DNA of 62,976 nucleotides, filler included, from It is 4 parts of 4 records of this genome, joined end to end, with 100 filler letters (N's around TTAATTAATTAA, not from the genome) between each part and the next. Parts side by side here need not be neighbours in the genome. Positions count along the whole stretch, not along the records: positions 35,555 to 62,976 come from SRR20825019_1772; 3 more parts are not named here. One strand, 5' to 3'. Shown piece by piece: positions 45,071 to 56,084 of this stretch (position 1 is its first letter; each line of letters starts with the position of its first letter). The notes under the pieces were generated by a model. It saw only the letters and a program-made list of their open reading frames with translations, ran no database searches and was not told where the DNA came from. The position numbers and the translations under genes were made by a program.

Positions 45071-46059
45071 CCTGGAAGCAAGAGCCTTTCGCTTACGACT
45101 ACATTCCTTTTGCACATATCCATAAGTTGATGGCTTTAGGAGGGCAACGTAGTTCCTCACTCGCCGTAGACCGCGCGCGCGGGGGGGTCGCTGCGAGGGG
45201 GCCGTCCCATGAAGCTTCTTGATGGGATGGGTATGGGCATGCTCACCGCCTCCGAAAGTGAAACACACCACAGCCAAGCAGTGCCCTATCTCTCTTCTTC
45301 GCGCATAGGTGCAGCATACCGCCACACCGCCGGCCCACCACCCCTTAGTCGTGGCCACTCGCTGGGGTCTCCCCAAATCACATGGTGCGGCGGCACAAGG
45401 TCCCCAGGGCCGCCCTGACCTGAGTCCTCCGTGGCTTTCGCTACCGTGAGTGTGACGGGCCGGGGTACATGGGGTCAGGGGACCGTCGCCGGATCATGGG
45501 GCCGGGGATGGCCGGCTGTGCCAAGTGAGTGCAGTGGGGGACCCGGGGGGGCAGCCCGGAGCTTGCTGGGCCGTACGCTGATGCCCGACCGGCGCCGCAC
45601 TCAGCACTTGGTACCGGGCCCGGCCGGAGGCCGGCCCGGCGTTGCAGCCTCTCATGTCAGTCCTGCCGCGGACGAGGCGCCCCGGGCCCGCCGCGGCCAC
45701 GCCGCGGAAGTGCCGCCGGGGGCGCGCGCCGGCGGCGCCGGCGGGCCCCGGCGGGCGGCCACCGGGCAAGGGAGTGACGGCTCGGTCGCGGCCGGTTACC
45801 TCGAGTGCCCGGGTGAGCTTCCGTCCGCTGGATTCAAACTCACGGTGCAGTTGAAGAACTGGGCAAGCGGTTAGGCTGAACTCCGGCTTGTTGTTACACA
45901 CTTGTGCCGCTCGAACGCCTCCGATCCAGCACACACCCTTCTGCCGGCTTGACTGCATCCGCTCTATATATAGCACAAAATAAAGTGAGACTGCAAACCA
46001 GGGGTTGACTCCAAAAACGTAGGCCCAGCGTAACAAACAACATCGAATCTCTGATCATT

Positions 46060-48564
46060 TTACTCGAAGTCGCCGCCCTCGCCACCGTTGTCTTTTGGCT
46101 TGTCCGTGTCTTCGATGTGGATGACGGGGCTCGCAACGATGTCTCTGGGTGCCTCGCCACGCAGCGATGATGTTTTATCTGGGCTTCTGCCCACAAAGCC
46201 AGAACCTTCCTTCTGCCTGGAGACGCGGGTTACGCCCCCCAAAGCGTCAGAGGCATCTGAAAACCTAAGGGAAAGGTTATCTTTAGGGTTGGGGACGGTG
46301 GGACCACGGAACAATGTCTGCACACTTCCTACGGCGTCGTCAGCGCCTCCATCGGTAGCATCGATTCCCTCTGGAATGACGATAAACGCGCGACCACTCT
46401 CTGTGGATCCTGTGGAGAGAGACAACGCGGTCTTGAAGTTCTCGGGCATCGACTTTGCGGACACCCTGCAGCCCAATGGCTCGGAGGGGTCGCCCTGTGC
46501 TGCCTCTTCTGTTGTGAAGGCCGGGGTGCACTCAGGGGTTTGGCTGGGTTCGCCACATTCTGACTTCTCGGCGCTCAGGCACCGCGAAATGATACCGGAA
46601 GCATCTTCACCATACTTTTTAAACGAGCCGGCAGAAGAGGTCGGCGCATATATGGGACGCAAGCATTGCAATAAAGTTCTCTTGGTCGCACCAGCAGTCA
46701 GGAATTCGGTTGGGCCCTTGCCTTCCTGTCCACCGAAGAAAGCGATGAGAGGGAGAGGATCATCGGCGCGGAATTCGCCATCCTGGAACACAACTTGCTG
46801 GTATGCCTGTAGGAGGGTGAAAGTGAGCGCAACATTCTCCGGACATTACGAACTTCCGGATCAATACCTCGCCAAAATCCAACTTAGAAGAGCGAAGGAA
46901 CTGCGCCAAGGCGTCGTGCACACGACTTCCCGCCTTTCTGAACTTGGACTGGTATTCTCGCACTTGACCCAGAATTTGATTCTTCCAGTCTTCGAAGGTA
47001 AATTTGGTCTTGAGAACGCCACCATCCGCGTAGTTCCACAAGAATTGGGGGGGCAGGAGAGTAGTGTGGATCTGGAAGAGTGTCAGCACGCCCTGACGGA
47101 CAAGTGCACGCTACTCACCCTCCGCGAGTCCAGATCGACGAATCCATCGAGGAACTCAGCAGAGCCGAGAACGACTTCAAGGAGGGAGTGTTGCCAAGGT
47201 ACCAAGTAGCCGATTAGAGAAAGGCGGAACACGGCAAGGTCTTTGTCACTGAAACCAAGTGCTTTGGCGGTCAGGAAGGAGCGTGCTGTGGTGCCGGAAG
47301 GACCAGCAACCTGGTTGAGGAATGCCGCATAAGCAGAGATACCATAGTCCGACTCCTGATCGACGGACCACCTGTGGCTACCAGTGAACCACGGGGCCTG
47401 GACGGCCTTGAACATGAAGTCGCCCTTGTTCTCCAACTCCTCGTATTCCTTGGTGCTAGTGAAGAAACTACAAACACGTCAGTCCCACTCCTACCGTCAA
47501 AAGATTTACCAGCCTACGCTTTCTCACGGTCGGAAAATCCGGTTCCCATGTACTCGAGATCCGCCAGGCGCACCTTCGGCGGTGTGGTCCCCTTGTCCTT
47601 TCGCTGCCTCCTCTCGAAGTTGGCCTCTACGCAAAAATTACACCAGGTACAAACAAGCAACTGAACACTTCCACCTACGGTTGTTCCTCCACACCCAGTA
47701 GTTCTTTGTATGGCCATACATAATGCGGTTCATACTCCGCTTGCCCGGCTGGCACAGTTTAGGGGGGCATGCGGTCTTGATGAGATCCATATTCAGCATA
47801 CTGGAGACAGACTTATTCTCGTCATTGCTAAACAAGTCGTTGCCAGAAGTTCTCGGATTATGGCTGAAATACACAAAGACGGGTGTCAAGGCACGCTCCT
47901 TCATGAAAGCCAACGTCATAATCTCACGAAGGTTGCCCTTCTCGATGGTTTCCCTGATGACTCCGGGATCGTTTCCCACCGCACCAGCGACGGTGGCAGC
48001 GGTATCGGGAGAGTTTCCGAACACCTCCACCAAAATCTTATCACGGATACTTTCAAGGAAATCGTTGCATCCTTCTGTCTCGTCACCGATACACTTTTCC
48101 GATGCTTCCTGGAAGAGCTCGTCGGAGCATATACCACGGAAGACATTCTTGCAGTGAGTCTTAAAAGAGGCAGGCTCGTCCTTGTGGTCATCAACAATAG
48201 CCACCCAGTACTCGAGCAGGAGCTTCTCCATTCTCACAACCAAACGCCTGGCAATCAACTGAGCCGGAATAAACCTAGAAGCGGCCCCGGCGATGATGAT
48301 ATCCCACGCCCTGCTGGCCTGCCTGAAGGGATGTTCCTCGTAGACACACTTGCGGACGCTATTCATAACAGTCTTGCTGGCTTTGGTGGCGGCGTCGTCG
48401 CGGCGCCTGTCCACGTTATCAAGGGCCAAACCCTGGTCCCCAGGAAGCCTCAAGGCCGGGATGTCGTAGCGAAAGAGCTCCATCCCCGGAGCTTGGATAC
48501 ACAAGGCCGGGACAGCCAGCCCCAACGAAACCGCCGCCAATACAAGCAGTAGACGGTGGCTCAT
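46060..48564 (-). CDS. Secreted ~770-aa protein with an S...HxxxE motif domain (LnaB-type AMPylase-like), 5 exons
   Basis: Signal peptide MSHRLLLVLAAVSLGLAVPALC. Introns 47678-47627, 47517-47468, 47118-47072 and 46849-46807 give a 2313-nt frame. Core FSDREK...PWFTG..RW.V...VAGPSGTT...FRLSLIGYL..QHSLLEV. Gene model well supported; function is inference. Confidence 0.7.
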
Positions 48565-49391
48565 GCTGTTCGTTTACACACCAATGTGTGCTGGGACGGC
48601 AATCAATACTTGTACGTACTGGAGGATCACCGGCCCAGCGTTGGAGAGGCACGGAAGCTCACCAAAACCCACAGCACCGGATAAACACCCGGACCAGGTG
48701 GCACCATTCTAAGCAGGATTGGTGAAAAGGAGTGGGGTGGAGGGGTACGAAGGTGGCCTCAACGAGAACAACCCGTCTGCGCTCTGCTGTGCCAACCATG
48801 TCCCATGGGCATTGTGGGTGGGTCCGCGGGGGATCGCCAGTATGGCCTTACCGGTTAGACGGGCCGGGTGACCGCGATGATCTGATCGACAAGAAGGCAC
48901 TTTGAATTTATACCCCCTCAGCAATGAAACGCAAACCTACGCGTCCCAACCGTACTAACCTTTGTAAAAGAATAAAAACCGTAATAATCTTGGTAAAGAC
49001 ACATGATGATAAACAATCGTGACGTCAAATCTACACCGGCAGCTCCCCGTCGAGACTTGTTGCTCAACCGTAACTTTAGAATCGGATCACATCGAGTGAG
49101 CCTGGTGAGTCGGACCGCGGCCCGTCTGTCGGCGCCGCCGGCGCCGGCGGCGCCCCCCCGGAAGGCGCCTCGGCCAGGACGCGGCCCCTCAGGAAACTCA
49201 CGGGCCGGCCCTGTCACCCCGCGACCGCCCGGGACTACCCCCCACCCACACCCACCCACCCACCCCCGGTGTCCTTCGTTGGTGCCTGAACCGGCGTGCG
49301 TGCACCGTCCAAGACATCGGCCAGAGTTGATAAATACGGGCCGATGCCCACGGCATTCGCAGGGCGTCCGCTGTGAGGGCCGAGCGGGACA

Positions 49392-52300
49392 ATGGGGAAA
49401 ACCTCGGCGAAGCGCCCAGACCAGGAAGGAGGCAGCGGCCGCCCTCAGGTGATAGAGATGCAACAGGAACACGACAGCTCGAGCAAGGGCGGCCGCTTCT
49501 CTCGCAAGAAAGGGAAACAGGACGAGCCCCTCGAACGAACGGGAAACGAGCCCGTCACTCCCGAGGAGATGCTCAGCCCGACTTCGGCCACCATCCGCGC
49601 AACGGGCGAGCTGCGAAAAGTGCCCACGGGGAAGAGCCTCGGCCTGCTCAAGAGCCAGGTTAGTGTCGCAAAGGAGCTCGTGGCGACCGCCGAGGGGGGC
49701 GAAGAGGGGCCGGCAATGATCCGGTCCCGCAAGCAGGTGCGGAGGCGTGCGTCCTCCAACACCTCGCAGCTGCCGGAAGAGCGGCAGAAGAACTCCATCC
49801 TCATCAACATCAACGACAAAACCCCAAAGGCGAAGAGCAACTATGTGCGCACCACAAAGTACAGGTGGTGGAACTTTTTTTTCAAGAACCTGTTCGAGCA
49901 GTTTATGCGGATCGCCAACTTTTATTTCTTGCTCACCGCCCTGATCACGCTGGTGCCCGGCGTCTCTCCGATTGCCCCCGTCACGACTTGGGCGCCGCTC
50001 ATTTTCGTCCTGGGTGTGTCCATGGTGAAGGAGGGGTACGAGGACTTTTTGCGGTTCCGGGCCGACCTGAAGGTCAACAACAGGCCCGTGATGATCGTGC
50101 GTGACGGGAAAATCACCAAGAAGAGGTCCCGCAACATCAGGCAGGGAGACATCGTGTTTGTCCAGCGGAACCAAACCATCCCCTCCGACCTGGTCGTGTT
50201 CTCCTCGAATGACGAGAGCGGCGAGTGCTACGTCGAAACGTCCAACCTGGACGGCGAGAGCAACCACAAACTCTTCAAGGCGCTGCCGGTCACGGCCAGC
50301 CTCCAGAGCCTCGACGAAATCTTGCGGCTCAGGGGGACAATAGAGTGCGAGCAGTCCACGCCACGGCTGGACAAATTCTTTGGCAAGCTCCAGCTCCGGC
50401 AGGACCAGGGAGCCGCCGCCGGCGATGACATCGAGGCGAAGGGATACGGGCTTCGGGGCCAGGCGGGGGATGGGGAGACGCAGACCTACTCGCTCGACCA
50501 GTCTAACCTCCTGCTGCGCGGGGCCACGCTGGTGTCGACCAAATGGATCTTCGGCATTGCGGTCTACACGGGCCACAACACCAAGCTCATGAAGAACATG
50601 ATCAAGGCCAAGCTGAAGCGGTCGATGCTGGAGAAGGTACTCAACAAGATCATCACCGCGATTTTCTTCTTCCAGTTCTTCTGCTGCCTCCTGTCCTCGG
50701 GCCTGTCGGGGTGGTTCCACGTCACGTACACGCGCGACAACGACTACATGAATACCGTCGGCGACGAGGACGTGTGGGAGATAGCCGGGTACAACATGCT
50801 CACGTTCTTCCTGCTGTACAACATTATGATTCCCATCTCGCTGATTGTGACCTTTGAGATCATCCGGCTGGTGCAGGCCGGGTGGGTGCAGTGGGACCTC
50901 AAAATGTGCGGCGATGTCAACGACTACGAGGGCACCCGGCTCAGGGTGAGGACCTCCAACCTGATGGACGACCTCGGGCAGATCGAGTACATATTCTCGG
51001 ACAAGACCGGCACCCTCACAGAGAACCAAATGGTGTTTGCCAAGGCCAGCGTGGGCGGCGAGATCTTCAACGAGCTCGAGAGGCCCGGCTCGCTGTGGGA
51101 GGCGGCGCAGCGTAAGGACAAGGTTGGGAGGCAGATGAAGGAGTTCCTTGAGATTTTGTCGGTGTGCCACACGGTTGTTCCCGAGCTCAAGAAGGCGGGC
51201 GAGGGGAGCGACGAGGAGGAGGGCGGGGGGGGCGAAAAGGAGGAGGAGAAACAGAAACAGGAAAAGGACGACGCCACCGGCGGCGGCGAGGAGAGGGTCC
51301 TGTACCAGGCCCAGAGCCCGGACGAGAAGGCGCTCGTCGAGACCGCGCAGGCGAACGGGTTCGAGTTCTACAGCTCCAAGGCCAACACGGCCGCCGGCCA
51401 GAAGCCCGTCCCGTGCTCCATCATCCGGGTGCGGGGGGAGGGGGACCGCTTCTACGAGCTCAAGGCGGTCCTCGAGTTCAACTCGGACAGGAAGAGGCAG
51501 AGCAGCATCGTCAAGTGCCCGGACGGCACGTACAAGATCGTGTGCAAGGGCGCCGACAACGTGATGATGGAGCGCATCAAGCTCACCGGCCGCAAGGCCA
51601 GGGCGGTGCTCCAGAGGCACCTGAACAGCTTTGCGGAGGACGGCCTGCGCACGCTGATCGTCGGGTCAAAGACCATCGACGAAAAGTACTTTAACGACTG
51701 GTACCGCCGCTTTCAGGCGGCCTCCGAGTCCCTCGTGGACCGCGAGCGCAAGGTCGAGGCCGTGAGCAACGAGATTGAGAACGACTTTGACCTCGTGGGC
51801 TCCACCGCGGTGGAGGACAGGCTGCAGGACGAGGTCCCGGAGACCCTGGACTACCTTCTCAAGGCCGGCATCATGATCTGGGTCCTCACGGGGGACAAGC
51901 AGGAGACGGCGATCAACATCGGCTACTCGTCGAGCGTCCTGCAAAAGGACGCAGAGCTCATCATCCTGAATGCCGCGTCCGCCGACAGCGCGAGGAAGCT
52001 CCTCGACCGCTCCGTGGAGATGTACGGGAAGCTGCCCAAGCCCGCCAATGCGCCCCCCGGCAGCACGGTGCGCTCCATGGTCATCGACGGGCCCACGCTC
52101 GGCCACGTGCTCAAGGACGATGGCCTGATCGGCAAGTTCTTGGTCGTCGCGCAGGTCTGCAAGTCCGTGATACTCTGCCGGGCCACCCCGGGGCACAAGG
52201 CCGAGATCGTCAAGATGGTCCGCAAGCGCCTGGGCAAGACTACCCTGGCCATTGGCGACGGCGCCAACGACGTGAGCATGATCAAGAAGGCGCACATCGG

Positions 52301-53372
52301 CGTGGGCGTCGCCGGCCGCGAGGGGACACAGGCCGTGCTGGCGTCCGACTTTGCCATCAACAAGTTCCGGTTCCTAAAGAGGCTCCTCGTTGTGCACGGC
52401 AGGTACTCTTACGTTCGCAACGCGCTGTTTATCCAGTACTTCCTCTACAAGAACATGATGTTTGTGTTTGGGCAGTTTTACTTTGCGACGGTCAACGGAT
52501 ACTCCGGCCAGATCATCCACGACTCGTACACCACCGCGCTCTACAACACCATATTTGCGGCTTTTGCGCCCGTGGCCTACGCCCTCTTTGAGAAGGATGT
52601 CGAGGAGCACATCATCGACGCCAACCCCGGCCTGTACAAGCGCCTGACCAAAGGTCCGCTGATGAACCTGTGGACCATGGCGCTGTGGCTCCTCAACGCG
52701 TTCTTCCATTGCAGCGTGTGCTACTACGGGTGCTACGCCATCTTCCAGAACGACATCATGCACGAGGACGGATGGAACGGCGGCCTGTGGTTCATGAGCA
52801 CGATCTACAGCTCGGTGTCGCTCGTCGTGGTGAATCTCAAGATGGGCCTCGAGACGCGCTATTGGACGTGGGTGAACCACACCCTCGTGTGGGGCAGCAT
52901 CGCCATCTACTTTTGCTGGCTGGTGCTCTACTCGGCGTTGGGCCCGGTCTCGTTCACGTCGAGCGTGTTCTCGCTGAACTTGTCCCCCTACTGGTACGTA
53001 TTTTACATGTGCTGCGAGTCTCCCGTTTTCTGGCTGGCCTGCCCGTTGCTGGTGGTGGCGGCCCTGCTTCCTGACTACACCATGAAGTACTACCGCCGCC
53101 GCTACCACCCCATCGACTACCAGGTCCTGCAGGAGGAGGACCGGGCCGCGAGGCCGCCGCAGTGCTGCGGCTATGAACTGCCCTGTCGGCCGCGTCGCCC
53201 GGCGAAAACCGCGGACGCCGATGTGGAAGAAGACGAAGAGACTGGTCGGCCGGCGGAAGTCGCATCCACCCCCGTGGCCGAGACTCCAGCGGGCGCGATG
53301 AGCTCGTTTAATTTCGGCCGCACCGGCGAGGCCGTCGCCGCGCCGGGCCCGGGGCCCAAGAGGAGAAAATAA
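49392..53372 (+). CDS. P4-type ATPase (phospholipid flippase), single exon
   Basis: NYVRTTKY, ETSNLDGESN, IPISL, phosphorylation motif FSDKTGTLT, SPDE, KGAD, TGDKQETA and GDGANDV; multiple TM segments. Confidence 0.95.
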   Translation: MGKTSAKRPDQEGGSGRPQVIEMQQEHDSSSKGGRFSRKKGKQDEPLERTGNEPVTPEEMLSPTSATIRATGELRKVPTGKSLGLLKSQVSVAKELVATAEGGEEGPAMIRSRKQVRRRASSNTSQLPEERQKNSILININDKTPKAKSNYVRTTKYRWWNFFFKNLFEQFMRIANFYFLLTALITLVPGVSPIAPVTTWAPLIFVLGVSMVKEGYEDFLRFRADLKVNNRPVMIVRDGKITKKRSRNIRQGDIVFVQRNQTIPSDLVVFSSNDESGECYVETSNLDGESNHKLFKALPVTASLQSLDEILRLRGTIECEQSTPRLDKFFGKLQLRQDQGAAAGDDIEAKGYGLRGQAGDGETQTYSLDQSNLLLRGATLVSTKWIFGIAVYTGHNTKLMKNMIKAKLKRSMLEKVLNKIITAIFFFQFFCCLLSSGLSGWFHVTYTRDNDYMNTVGDEDVWEIAGYNMLTFFLLYNIMIPISLIVTFEIIRLVQAGWVQWDLKMCGDVNDYEGTRLRVRTSNLMDDLGQIEYIFSDKTGTLTENQMVFAKASVGGEIFNELERPGSLWEAAQRKDKVGRQMKEFLEILSVCHTVVPELKKAGEGSDEEEGGGGEKEEEKQKQEKDDATGGGEERVLYQAQSPDEKALVETAQANGFEFYSSKANTAAGQKPVPCSIIRVRGEGDRFYELKAVLEFNSDRKRQSSIVKCPDGTYKIVCKGADNVMMERIKLTGRKARAVLQRHLNSFAEDGLRTLIVGSKTIDEKYFNDWYRRFQAASESLVDRERKVEAVSNEIENDFDLVGSTAVEDRLQDEVPETLDYLLKAGIMIWVLTGDKQETAINIGYSSSVLQKDAELIILNAASADSARKLLDRSVEMYGKLPKPANAPPGSTVRSMVIDGPTLGHVLKDDGLIGKFLVVAQVCKSVILCRATPGHKAEIVKMVRKRLGKTTLAIGDGANDVSMIKKAHIGVGVAGREGTQAVLASDFAINKFRFLKRLLVVHGRYSYVRNALFIQYFLYKNMMFVFGQFYFATVNGYSGQIIHDSYTTALYNTIFAAFAPVAYALFEKDVEEHIIDANPGLYKRLTKGPLMNLWTMALWLLNAFFHCSVCYYGCYAIFQNDIMHEDGWNGGLWFMSTIYSSVSLVVVNLKMGLETRYWTWVNHTLVWGSIAIYFCWLVLYSALGPVSFTSSVFSLNLSPYWYVFYMCCESPVFWLACPLLVVAALLPDYTMKYYRRRYHPIDYQVLQEEDRAARPPQCCGYELPCRPRRPAKTADADVEEDEETGRPAEVASTPVAETPAGAMSSFNFGRTGEAVAAPGPGPKRRK

Positions 53373-53396
53373 ATAACGTGAACAGGAGATCCGGTT

Positions 53397-54534
53397 CTAC
53401 AAGCTGTTGTTCAGCGCAGCCCTTAGCATCTCCGCCACTTTCCTCTGGCCGTTAATGCCCTCGGCCTTCTCCACCCCGGAGCTGTAGTTTGTCGTGCAGT
53501 TGAGATCATACACGAAACGGTTTCCTTCCCTGTCGACGATGAACTCGGCACCGCACACATTCACGCCGTGCTCCCTGGAGAATGATATCAGTTTCTTCAC
53601 CAGCTCGTCGCTCTCGTCAATGTCCTTGCGGGCGGAGAACAGTAGCGCCTGCCTGCGTGCCGCATCTTCTCTCTCCTCCTTTGATGGGAGCTTGCACCCG
53701 TCGCTGGGGCACAGCTGGAATGCGCCGGCCTCGGTGTTGGACTTCATGGCATAATGCAACGAGTGATCGATAAACTCCAGACGGGTGATGAAAGGCTCCG
53801 GCGCGACGATGTATTCCTGCAGCAGGATAATCCCGTCGATAGAGCTCTGGAGACGGCCCAAGCCTCCAGCGGCAAGGAACTTGGAAAGCTCCTCCTCATC
53901 CTCAAACTTTTCGACGTCGATCCCCTTCCCTCCTGCACCTCTCGGCATTAGATCCGTACCGCCGACCACCCGCCCTGGTACCCATACCTCGGTTGGGCTT
54001 CACCAGGCACGGAAAACCCAGTTTCCTGGCGGCGGCCAGCACGTCTTCGGCCCCAAACCTGGCCCCGAGTACAACAGTGGGCGGGGTTGGGATTCCCGCA
54101 GCGTGGAACGCCGAGGCCTGCGCGGCCTTCGAGAGCTCCAGCTCGAGCACGTGAGAACCATTAAACACCTTCCTGCCATTACGCTCCAAGTACGCAAGGT
54201 ACGCCCTAGCCATCTCTACGGCACCGGCATTCCCTCTCGTATGAGAAGACGCACTCATTCTAGAATAGAATACACCTGAGGAACGGAGGTTTGAGCTCGC
54301 TCCCCGCGACTAAATGAAAACGCCCACTACACACCTGCAGGAGGAGGACTTGTCATATCGATGTTAACTATCTTGGACATATCCATCTCTTCATAAGGAA
54401 CTCCGAGTTCAGAAAGCTCCTAGAGTGTGCCAATGCGTGAGCGATATGCCTCGGAATAGGGTGTGGAAGCCTACCTTTAAAAGCACAGGGGTCCATTCCG
54501 GGTTCTCGTGCACCACGTAGACTTTGCCGGCCAT
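53397..54534 (-). CDS. Bacterial-type RimK/GshB-like ATP-grasp protein, 4 exons
   Basis: Introns 54474-54420, 54334-54276 and 53987-53933 give MAGKVYVVHENPEW...PPPAGVFYSRMSASSHTRG...KPNRGGKG...LLQEYI...YDLNCTTNY. Confidence 0.82.
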
Positions 54535-55293
54535 GAGTTAGTTTACAACAAGCTAGTTGTCAATGGTAGGGCGGACCATATATATAGCTGTACTGCGGCA
54601 TCATCACACTGCGGCGACTCCCGGCTCCGTTCGGCTGACCGGCCCGGCCTCCGGGCACTCGGCCGGCGGGCCGTGGCGGTGGGGTGACTGACCGGTACGG
54701 TGATCTCATTCGCCGGACGGGACTCATCAGCAGAGCCCGCCGCCCGGGCCGCGCGATCATCGATCCCGTCCGCAGAGTACCGCCGGACGAGGCTAGGCCG
54801 GTTGGCGGGCATCCGGCCCCGGCCCCGCGCCCCGCCGGCGCGCCGGCGGCCCGGGCCGCGCCGGGCCGGGGCGCGCCCCGGCCGTGGGCCGTGCCGTGCG
54901 ATCGGGATCGCCGATCCGGATCCGCCGTGCGGCCGGTCAGTCCGGCTCCGCTCCGAGACGGTGCAACCGTCACTCGGTGCGGAAGTTGGCCGGCCGGCCG
55001 GTCCGGCCACGGGAACCGCCGCGCGCCCCGGCCCGCCCCGGGGGCGATGCGACTGGTGGGTGCAGGGTCCGCCGGTCGCCCGGCCCCCGGTCGGCGAGCC
55101 CGCGCAGTGACTGACAGTGATGAGAGGCGGCCGGTGGGGTACGGTGCCAACGGCGGCTGGCTTCATGCGGCTGCACGGCGCCGCCCGGCATCGCATGGGT
55201 CATACACAGCCTCTGGGGTGAGGGCGGTTGAGGGCGACTGACATATATTGGGTGCCTTAGCCCATAAAATAGGGTCCGTATAGAAGTGTCTCC

Positions 55294-56082
55294 ATGGAAG
55301 CGCAAGTTTCGTTCTTGTGGCGAGCACTCTTTTTCGTGTTGTCAGCAGTGGGCTGGTTTGTTGGCCTCATGTACTTTTTCGTGTCTTATATTGTTTCTTT
55401 TGAGTATTCAACTCCTGTTGGGGACCTCCCAGAGCTGTATGTAGGCGATGTCCTAAAGGGAGCTTCTAGTCCGCTCAATGAGTTCGTATGCAACGTTTCC
55501 ATTTTATGGGTTTGGTATATTGTGTGTCACAGACTACCACTTACTAAGATCTTTCAAGACTTGGCCACTCGTGTTGTCCCGGAACAATGCTTGAAGGCAC
55601 TTTACAACACTCTATCAGGGTTTGGTATATTTTTGGCAACCATGTGCATACAAAGACAGCACAAGGAAGTTTTCGTGTGGGACTTGTATCCTCCGGCGAC
55701 CAAAAAGACCGTGGAATGCATGGCAATATTTTACTCGATGGGAGTATTCTTCCCTGCCTGGTTCGCTCTAAATACATTTCAGCGTGGAGAACCTACAGTG
55801 TTATCAGGTGTCCTCAATATGATGGGGGTCAAATATTTGCAAGAGAGCAGGGCACAGTCGAACACAAAAATTAGGCGGCTGCCCCTAGGTGAAGGGATCG
55901 GTGTGGTTGGTTTGTTGTCAAGACACCCAAAGCACTTACTCTGGGCGACTTCACTGTTCGCATCTCTTCGCATGAACGTGCCGAGATTTTCCGTTGCGTT
56001 TGCTGTATGCGCAATCAACCTGTTTGGGGACTTCCTCGCTGAACGCAGGCGACGATTGAGTGTCAAGACCAGGATCAATTGA
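55294..56082 (+). CDS. Polytopic membrane protein, divergent nurim/MddA (ICMT/PEMT superfamily)-like
   Basis: Several hydrophobic segments; H......FQ....VVPE...ALY; GLLSRHP...W; C-terminal G...AERR. Confidence 0.5.
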   Translation: MEAQVSFLWRALFFVLSAVGWFVGLMYFFVSYIVSFEYSTPVGDLPELYVGDVLKGASSPLNEFVCNVSILWVWYIVCHRLPLTKIFQDLATRVVPEQCLKALYNTLSGFGIFLATMCIQRQHKEVFVWDLYPPATKKTVECMAIFYSMGVFFPAWFALNTFQRGEPTVLSGVLNMMGVKYLQESRAQSNTKIRRLPLGEGIGVVGLLSRHPKHLLWATSLFASLRMNVPRFSVAFAVCAINLFGDFLAERRRRLSVKTRIN

Positions 56083-56084
56083 TA

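Noticed and set aside
48918-51620. 900-aa antisense ORF (and similar ones at 27167-28477, 29151-30335, 43723-44700, 46088-47209)
   Set aside because: Shadow frames of GC-rich coding genes on the opposite strand, with no recognisable motifs.
54543-55241. Many overlapping Arg/Pro/Gly/Ala-rich ORFs in GC islands (also 41744-42729, 45431-46036, 58276-59245)
   Set aside because: Stop-codon scarcity in very GC-rich non-coding DNA explains them.
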